Source: Proteromonas lacertae
Lineage: Eukaryota
Length of the DNA: 20,000 nucleotides
Reading direction: 5' to 3'
Assembly (NCBI GenBank): GCA_002245135.1
Contig: NGBS01000032.1
Location: 48,541-68,540, forward strand
Both the position numbers and the translations under genes were made by a program. Shown piece by piece: positions 11,613-20,000 of the stretch. The notes beneath the pieces were generated by a model. That model was not told the DNA's origin. It did no database searches and saw only the letters and a program-made list of their open reading frames with translations. Position 1 is the stretch's first letter. Each line of letters begins with the position of its first letter.

Positions 11613-12773
11613 ATGAACTTTGATTTCGGAGTTTCAAGTCATAAAAACTTAATAAGTATAGATGTTTTACCCAAATATATTACACCTGAAGAATTGTACG
11701 TCTTTTTTGTGTTGTTTATATTGTCTTTCTTATACTGTATAATGAATATTATGATTTAATAGTGTTATTTAAAATCTTATTCAAAATCAGATATACATAT
11801 TATTAAAGTCGATCACTTCGAAATCCAATCGTATAATAAAATATATAACATTTGAATAGATTCTAGATAGTAGTGATTTGTATTGTGATAGATCTACTCT
11901 GGAGTCAATAGCAGAAACTCATTTAATGGATTTGATAAGTTGTAAATCTCGTTCAATAGTAGTGATACCTTCAATATCTATTCCTTTTACGTATATATCC
12001 GAAATCAAAACCGAAAATGATATGCATAGAATGGAAATGTATGTAAATAAAGAAATATCAATACAATTCTTTTATGGAGTTGAATTTAAGAATGTTACTC
12101 ATTATATTGATAGAAATGAAAGAGTAAATGTAATAAAATCAGTATTGAAACCATTGAATGGATATACTGATGAAGAAATATTATTACCATTAATATGAAG
12201 AAGATAATTATAAAGACAATCCGAATATCTCAAAGAGAAATAGGTGGAATGGAAGTAATACCATTGGGTGTAGTAAATGAAGAAAATTCTCAATCTAATA
12301 ATAATAATAATAATCATAGTAATAGTAGGATGTTGATTAATACAAGAGATGTATTTAATATAAATGTAACTGATCCATTGTGTAATAGTCATTCTACTTC
12401 TCCATTATTGACTAATTCACTGAGTGTAATTGATAGTAATAATGATAAAGTCCAATCATCTGAAAATAATAATGTTACATCAAGAACAACAGTAGGAAAT
12501 ATAAATACAACTGAAATAACACCTCCAATAATAATGACAACTACTGAAAGTAAAACTGAAACTAGAACAATAGTTGAACCAATAGTAACAAAGAGTGAAG
12601 AAAAGAGAAGTAGTAAAACAGAGAAAGATGATGATTGTATAATTTGTTTGACAAATAAAGTAAATACAATATTTGTAGGTTGTAGACATAAAATCATCTG
12701 TGATGAATGTATAAAAGAAGTAGATAAATGTCCAGTTTGTCGAAGTATGAATGAAGCATATTTAGTTATATGA
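11613..12773 (+). CDS. C-terminal C3HC4 RING finger protein (IAP/RNF34/MUL1-type RING), probable E3 ligase. 5' exon structure uncertain; apparent frameshifts near 12193 and 12277.
   Basis: CIICLTNKVNTIFVGCRHKIICDECIKEVDKCPVCR at the C-terminus, preceded by an S/T/N-rich linker. ORFs 11878..12198 and 12195..12773 abut in different frames with no intron between them. Candidate ATG at 11613, followed by short GT-AG introns. Confidence 0.65.
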
Positions 12774-13179
12774 TTATTTATTAATATTTTTGTAATGAAA
12801 CAATATTCAAACAATTACAAATGTGTAATTTATGTAATTCTATATATAATCATGTTCTTTTGAAAAGTCAAAAATGAAACGACTAAATATTTTGAAACAA
12901 AATTGTTTTTCTTGATTTCTAAGCAAATAAAATGATATAATTAATCTTACCATGATTACTCAAAGATATGAAATAATTTATTGGAATAGACGAAATAAAC
13001 AGAAGAAATGAGTAGAAATGAAGTAGGTTTATAATTGCATCAACAATATGCGGAAGTATATCATGGATGTTGGAAAAATTTAAAATATGGGTAATTAAAC
13101 AAGAAAAGAAGAAAAAGAATATTCAATAACTGAAACGACTCAATTTTCAAAAATGTTAATTTCACCCAAATTTCATTGT

Positions 13180-14972
13180 ATGGAAGAGTTATTGAAATAT
13201 CACATACTGAAATTGGAAGTATTATTATTTAATATATCGGATAGATAAAAGAGCGGGTAGTAAAGAGTGATACTGAAGTAGATTTTGAAGCAAAATATAT
13301 AAAAGATATGAAGAAGATGAAACTACTTACTATTAATGAGATACTAGAGAAGAAGATGTTAAAATACTGTGAAAACAACAATAATATGATGGATTATTGT
13401 TCATCTTCTATTTATCCGTTTCAAACACAAATTATAGCAAATATCATAATATTAAGTGAATATGGCTCATCAAATAGTAATTTGAAGCTTTATAATATAA
13501 TGCGTGAAAGAGATGACAACATCTATAATAAATCGAAAATATATAGTTTCTACTTAAATGTATTGAAGAAAAAAATGATAAAAATGAGTAAAATAGCAAA
13601 AGGTTCAGATCATAATCTAATGAAATATAATGAAAGAAAAGAAACATTGCATAATATTGATTATAGTATTGTTAGATTTCCAATAGTTTATCCATCCCAA
13701 TATTATCTCCAAAGTTATAAATATGATGAAAATCGAGATGCTTTAGTTGAATCATACAACAATGAACCAAACGAAAGAATATTATCAATATTATTGATGA
13801 TGAAATTGTATAAAGAAGATGAATCTATAAAAGACAAACTAAAGTTTCAAAAATATCATAAATGCAGATATGGAGAATGTTATTTGGATGAAATGATATT
13901 CAATGTTAATGTATATAGAAGAGATAAGGAAAGAGTAAAAATAGATTCAAAATGTGTATGTTTATGCGAAGAAGGAATTAATTTCTGTTTAAGAATGCTA
14001 AAACTAATAAATCCAACAAAACTCAAATTTGGTATAAATATTCCACTCAAGTATGAAAAATTATTTTTCTCATATTTTACTCAATTATTAAATCTTCGAG
14101 AATTAGATTTATCGCATTGTAATCTTACTTATCGTTTTGTTGAATCCTTTACAAAATCAATTCCATTAATGAAATTGGAATATATTAACCTTGAAAGTAT
14201 ATATTGCTTATGCTATTATGAAATAGATAATCCAATTAGTTCAAAAGGGTTTAAATTAATATTACCATATCTACATTTATTGATCAACAAAGAAAATAAA
14301 CTAAACCTTTGTCAAATGAATTTAAATGATGAATCGATGATATTATTATCACAAGAATTATTAAAATATCCAAAACTTAGAAGAATAGATATTAGATATA
14401 ACCATAGTATTCATTCCAATGGATTAAAAACCTTATTTTCCAAATTTCCTATATCTAAAATAGTATTTGAATTAAATGGAAATAATAAAGAATTACTGAT
14501 TGATAAAGAAATTCCAGAATTACTCAAATATATCAATTATGGTCAATTGAATCTGAATAGTTTAGAAATGGATGATGATTTTTTTAAATCCTTCATTTCT
14601 ATTAGGTTTAATGAATTTAGAGAAATATGGAAGATTGATTTGAGCAGTATAACATAATATGTTATATATTGTTAGATAATAAACTTACATATGAAAGTAT
14701 AGAAATATTGATTAATAATTTATTATCATTAACATATCTTGAAGAGGTTCTTTTAAGTGGAAATGAGATAGGAGATGATGGAATGAAAATATTATCTCCA
14801 TATTTGTATTTATTAAAAGATGATAAAAATAGAATAGATTGTTCTAGTATATTAATTATATTTAATTATAATAGAAATGGGGTTATCTATAATTGGATTA
14901 AAATGTTTTGTGGATGGTTTAAAAAATATTAAGGAAAAGGTAAAACTCAATTTAAGTGATAATCATATATGA
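13180..14972 (+). CDS. Spliced RNI-like leucine-rich repeat protein
   Basis: ATG at 13180. Introns at 13219-13244, 14197-14226 (in-frame, no stop), 14647-14675 and 14847-14874. LRRs: LRELDLSHCNLT, LEYINLENNPISSKG (after splicing), LRRIDIRYNH, IWKIDLSNNKLT, LEEVLLSGNEIGDDGMKIL, KLNLSDNHI*. The TGA at 14970-14972 falls mid-repeat, so the 3' end is uncertain. Confidence 0.75.
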
Positions 14973-15230
14973 GGTAGAGAAGGGGATAGGACAAAAGGAG
15001 GATATAGTTCCAGAAGGAGTCTTTTCTGTAACCAGGAATATAATAATCTAAATTTATTGATATTGTTTTTTGAAAAAAATAATAAAAACATCAAAGCTGT
15101 ACTCTGAAGTTTTTATTAGAGTTAATTATTTGCTGTCAATAATAAGAACATAGTATGAATAGATGCATTATGTAATTATGTAATGTATAGTGAAAATAAT
15201 AGACTAATGGAAGATATTAACATACATACA

Positions 15231-16764
15231 TTAATAATTAAAATAATTAAAATGTTCACATGAATATAAATACGAATAGAATAGGGACTTATTATTGCTA
15301 TTATCTGGAATTGGTAATAAATCTGAAAAAATTTCATCTTCTTCATCGGATAATAAAGTAACTTGTCTTGCGAATGAATCATTATCATCAATTATGAATT
15401 CAAAATAAGGAAAATCATCTTCTGTTTTTGAACTAAGCTTTATTGTGTTTTCCTCTGCTATTGATTTTACACAATTGTAACATATATATTCAGATTTTAC
15501 TTTAAATTCTTTTGATATTACATTACTTGAAGATAATTCTGTTATTTCTGTTTGTGATTTAAACTCATTTACTTTCGCTTTCTTTGCTGGATTGTTTTGA
15601 CAAATGTCATTATCTATTTTTCTTTTATTACTATTTCTATTTTCATTTAAACTTTCATTGTTTTTCTTTTTTAAAAATTCTTTATATCCGAGTGGAAGTT
15701 GCATTTCACTTAAATCTGGATATTCATCTATGTATAACTGATTCTCAAAGTAATATCTAATCTTATCTAAGTAGGAAAATTCTTCATATCTATAAAGAAG
15801 AATGAATAATGTTATTATATACTTTTGTTTCTTACAAGCTGACATATTATTCCATAATTTACCAATAGTCTTATTTATACTACTCTTATCTTTTAAATCG
15901 CCTGTATAATACTTTTTTATTATTTCTTCTCTTGAGTATTTTGCATATACATTAAATGCACATATTGGTGGAGATACTAATCCCTTAGTCATTGGCTTTG
16001 ATTTATTCATTAAATAATTAGAATATTCTCGAATCACATTTGTTATGATAAATTCTTTTATAATTTTTTTTTCCATTTTATATAAGGAATAAAAACAGCT
16101 TTCTATATTGTTTGAATTATTCTTGACAATCACATTATAACTGTTATTTTTCTCATCAAATATCTTATTGTTTATTATTTCTATTATCTTTTTCGATTTG
16201 TTACTACTTCCTTCAATCTTGTTTATCATTGCTGACCATACTTTCCTTAATGACCATATATTACTTTTACTCTTATTAATCTTTTTGTATGAAAAGTAAT
16301 ATAAATTTGATGATAAATCTTTAATCTTATATCCTTTTGATGAATCATATTTAACCTTATAAACATTGTATCCATTAGATATTATTATTGTAAAACTAAA
16401 CATATAATGTAGAGATTTTACTGAGTCAATGTAGAAATTAAGTTATACATTTCTGAACATAGCTTTCATAATTGATATTCTTGCTAAGATACTCGAAATG
16501 AATAGATTCATTTGATATTAACAACGTATTCTCATTAGAATCTTTAACAATTGCAATAAACATCCCATTTTCACCTATTCCTATCGTTTTAAATTCATTT
16601 ACAATAACCTAAACAATAATGCAATAATAATGTCTTCTATATACTCGTTCTTTAGGATCAATGTAAAAATCATTGTCAATAGTATGATTTCTATTTGAAT
16701 CTGAGTACATAATTTGATAATCTACTGTTTGACCAATATTTACATTCAACAAAATTGAGCTCAT
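15231..16764 (-). CDS. HMG-box domain protein (4 exons)
   Basis: ATG at 16764. Introns at 16609-16644, 16421-16448 and 15790-15822 (in-frame, no stop). The spliced HMG box reads PPICAFNVYAKYSREEI...SINKTIGKLWNNMSACKKQKYEEFSYLDKIRYYFENQLY. NLS-like KRK...PAKKAK downstream. Confidence 0.75.
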
Positions 16765-17015
16765 GATGAAATCGAAAATTTAGCAAAAATTTAGCTGAGG
16801 CTAATTTTTTATGAAATTTTTATATAACGAATGAAAATTAATTTAGACCTTTCATATATTAAGAAGCTCGAGCCAAGTTTTACAATTGTTTTATCTAGAC
16901 TGCTATTTTTGTTATTTGATAGTTCTATAGTATTAAAAGGCATACATCTTCTTAAGTATATCTCATTATGGTAATTTGGATAGAAACTAACATCTTATTT
17001 TAACATTTTTACAGA

Positions 17016-17910
17016 ATGATGATACATAAAGGAGGTGGTCGTTCAATAATAGGCGAGGGTAATATATCAAACATAAATGTATCAATGAAAAGGCCAAGTA
17101 ATAAGATTCTTCAGCCGCTCTACCCACCAATTGAAGTAATTGTACATCCAATTACTTCAATTATTGTATATTTATATAGTAATGGTATAAAATATTTATA
17201 GGAAGAAATAGAAGAATCCGCCAAGTATGATAAATTACCTGAAAGCGATTATATTTATGGTGAAAGTCTGTTCCACAAATCTACTGCTAAAATAAATCAC
17301 ACAAAGATAGAATATAATAATGAAACAAATGTGAAAGAATCGGAAAGAAATTTTAATAATGATAATATTATTACAATAGAATTAAGTGATATACAGGAAT
17401 ATCCTGATGAAAATTATTTCATAGAAGATTATATTGTATTTTTTATAACTTATTTCATATGTTTTTAGAATAGATTAAAATGGGATGAAGAAATCTATGG
17501 AGCTGAATCATATTCAAGATTTTGCCCAATAAAGATGAATTCAGAAGTTGTTAATTTAAATAACACTGGTAATTACACATTACAATCCAATAAAACAACA
17601 ATCATAGATTCAAGGTGTTATAAAAAAAAGAAAGACTGAAACAGATAGAATTATAGAAATAGTGCAAAATTATCAAGATTGGCATTATGAATTTAGAGAT
17701 AATGAATTAATATTAGAACTAGAAAACTTATTAAATGGTCCAAAATCTAAAATATTAATCAGAATAAAAGAAAAAAATATTACAATAATTAACTCAATAT
17801 TTCCAAAGCATGGATATTTCTATGATTTAGTAAATGCACAAATGATTTCACATGGACTTAAACAAATACTCAACCAATATCAAATTTTGAAAATGTATTC
17901 ATTCAACTAA
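17016..17910 (+). CDS. Hypothetical protein (4 exons)
   Basis: Introns at 17166-17201, 17436-17468 and 17615-17648 join ORF 17016, two intermediate open exons and ORF 17662 in one frame ending in TAA at 17910. No recognisable domain. Confidence 0.6.
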
Positions 17911-18087
17911 ATGTATTAGTTAAAGAAGCAAGTGACTATATAATAATTAAAATCCAACCAAATTTTTGATGTCATATAAACTTAAATTTATATAATTTAA
18001 TTTTCACTTTATTATTTTGAACATAAATTATATAAAAATTCACAATTTTTTAGATTATATAGATTTACATAGTAATATTATAAATAA

Positions 18088-18771
18088 TTAATCTTTTATT
18101 GCATTGAAATAAGCTATATTATCATCATCGCATGGTATTGTATGTATGAAAATACGATCTTCAAGTGCAGAACCATATAATCCATTTGGATAATGTGATT
18201 TTGAGGTTGTAAATAGAATAAATCCACCAATGGTGATGAATTAAAGTATCTCTATTTCATATATATATAACATCAAAATATACTATGTACATAGCTGAAT
18301 ATAATTTATTTTGTTGGTATAAAGGTAATCTTTGCATGTCAAAATTATCAACTTTTTATATATTCATCCATTTGTTTATTATTTACACTATACATTACAT
18401 AATATATTATTTATACTATGTTTTATTATTGACAACAAATAACTAATAAAATTAACACTAATCAAAACTTCTGAGTCTATTATTGGATATTTTAACAACA
18501 TAATCAATGCTTCAGCACATTCATTACATAAACCAGTATTATATTGTTGAAGTAAGACAATCTTTGCATATAGGATAGGAATTAAACATCTCGCAAGATA
18601 TTGGAATTTTCTCCACATTCCATATCTGTTTAATACACTAAATGTTCTATTTAAGTCATCTTTACTCATAGACCAAAGCATATTAGTAAATTGATTTTGG
18701 TTTGGGCTACATTCACTAATTTTAATTAATTCATCAATATAATAAATCACTAAAGTCTCTATATTATCCAT
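18088..18771 (-). CDS. Hypothetical protein, spliced, with apparent frameshifts in the 3' half
   Basis: ORF 18388..18771 is followed by short GT-AG intron-like segments and open stretches (VDNFDMQRLPLYQQNKLYSAM; FITIGGFILFTTSKSHYPNGLYGSALEDRIFIH...AIKD*, stop at 18088-18090). These do not join in frame without indels. Confidence 0.45.
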
Positions 18772-19064
18772 ATTTACAAAAAATAGAAAATGAGCAAGCT
18801 TAAGCTTGAATTTTATTTTACATAACTCACCATAGTTTGCACAAAAGAAGAATGAATTATTTTTTTATATATTATTTAACTAGTGAGAATTTGAATAGTA
18901 AGTTAAAGTGTTATTTCTACAATTAACACTTTAGTTATCATTTCTTTAATAGAATATATGATTATTTATTTTATATTATGATGATGAAATTCTTCTATAA
19001 CGAAATAAATTATGAATTTCTCATAACTATTATTATTTCACTAAAACATAATTATTCATTCAAT

Positions 19065-19338
19065 CTATCCAACTGTTGGTGGAATAGCTACATTATTGGC
19101 ACTATCAAAGTATTTGTGATATAAAATGGAATCCAAATGATAGTATGATATATATATAATAATAATAAATAATAATAATATAATATATGGATGTATAGAT
19201 TCTGTAGTAGCAACTGCTAGTCACTCAGTTCTTTGATTAGTCTTACTACTTCATCAGCATCATGACCAACTAAATCTGGCCAACTATATGTAAATATAAC
19301 ATAACTCAATACCTATTTTGTGAAGCTTCTGAAGACAT
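19065..19338 (-). pseudogene. Potato inhibitor I family (I13, CI-2/eglin-like) serine protease inhibitor, interrupted
   Basis: MSSEASQN(S)[intron 19284-19312]WPDLVGHDADEVVRLIKE matches the family N-terminal SWPELVG motif. YFDSANNVAIPPTVG* (stop 19065-19067) matches the C-terminal motif. The reactive-loop segment is absent, and there is an in-frame TAG at 19217-19219. Confidence 0.75.
19109..19227 (+). other. Inverted WD40-repeat gene fragment (WDR24-like) with its own intron
   Basis: The + strand reads SICDIKWNPND-a[GT intron 19143-19198 AG]at-SVVATASH, i.e. SICDIKWNPNDNSVVATASH, a typical WD40 strand/loop. From recall it resembles an N-terminal WDR24 repeat (SCADVVW...DENLLATA). Confidence 0.6.
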
Positions 19339-19443
19339 CTGTAATTAAGAAAATCAAAGATTTTAAAATCTAAAATGAAAAATAGAAACGGCTTTATTTA
19401 TTACAATTCATAAAACACAATTATTACACAACATATAAATACA

Positions 19444-20000
19444 TTAAGATGTTATTTTCATCATATTTCTACATACATGATCACATTCAGGACATTTATC
19501 ATTATCTTCAAACCATTTAGTAAAATGTTTCATATGACCACCATGATGACATACACTACACCAAATATAAATACCAATTACTGGTAAATGACAAACATAC
19601 ATATTGTCTTCCCTTTTACTTGATCAATTCTACTGGATTGTTCATGATCATGATTTCTTCCAAATAGATTTGGTTGTACATCCAAAGAACACATTCTTGT
19701 AGCTTCAGTATGAAGATTTAATGATCTTAACAAATCTAAATTCACTATACCAATTCTCTAATATTTCTTTATTAAATATTTTAAGACAATAATCTTGAAA
19801 ACACAACACTATAATATATAATGAAATATATCACTTTCTTCTATATAATACAATATCAACTCTTTTATTAAATCTAATCTTTCTTTTTCATTGAATATCT
19901 CACATTTTAATGGAATTATTGATATTAATATTGACCAACGTTCATTATATCATTTCGATTCACTTTCTCAGCTATTTTACTATTGTGATTTAATATTTCT
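19444..20000 (-). CDS. WDR24: GATOR2/SEACAT subunit WDR24 (Sea2/Rtc1), 3' part; at least three apparent frameshifts
   Basis: Segments IKELILYYIEESDIFH / IVLCFQDY...EILENWYSE / LDLLRSLNLHTEATRM...KTIC / VCHLPVIGIYIWCSVCHHGGHMKHFTKWFEDNDKCPECDHVC...* (TAA at 19444-19446) match the WDR24 C-terminal helical region and RING. Frame breaks near 19817, 19740 and 19597. Confidence 0.75.

Noticed and set aside
9984..12814. Overlapping short ORFs around the CCCH, DPH1 and RING genes
   Set aside because: By-products of low-complexity trinucleotide-rich coding sequence.
14970..14972. TGA in mid-LRR as evidence for stop-codon reassignment or readthrough
   Set aside because: Single case. Trp is encoded by TGG throughout, long ORFs contain no in-frame stops, and the downstream sequence is not convincingly LRR.
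19809..19834. Apparent GT...AG intron in WDR24
   Set aside because: The segment encodes conserved residues (EESDIFH...IVL) and splicing it gives a stop, so a frameshift explains it better.
1..20000. CRISPR arrays, rRNA/tRNA genes, transposases, prokaryotic operon structure
   Set aside because: None seen. The repeats in the giant gene are diverged protein-level repeats, and spliceosomal introns show the DNA is eukaryotic.

Overview
AT-rich, gene-dense eukaryotic DNA. Most introns are only 26-37 nt (GT...AG), and an exact TGTTTGTT follows one stop codon; both fit a Blastocystis-like anaerobic stramenopile (inference). Left to right: (1) the 3' part of a giant intronless type I membrane protein, with at least 7 farnesoic-acid-O-methyltransferase-like (Methyltransf_FA) domains alternating with 8 bacterial-type Ig-like domains, then 2 FN3-like domains, about 3 EGF repeats, a TM helix and a short tail; (2) an intronless bacterial-type YqhD/BDH alcohol dehydrogenase; (3) an LRR gene; (4) a TIS11-like CCCH gene; (5) an orphan last exon of DPH1; (6) a RING gene; (7) a second LRR gene; (8) an HMG-box gene; (9) two hypothetical genes; (10) a potato-inhibitor-I gene whose reactive-loop region is replaced by an inverted, intron-containing WD40 fragment; (11) the 3' end of WDR24 (GATOR2). 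Several 1-2 nt frameshifts suggest consensus errors or decay. Two recurrent CpG-containing motifs occur in intergenic DNA. All protein assignments come from recognising motifs by eye, not from database searches.
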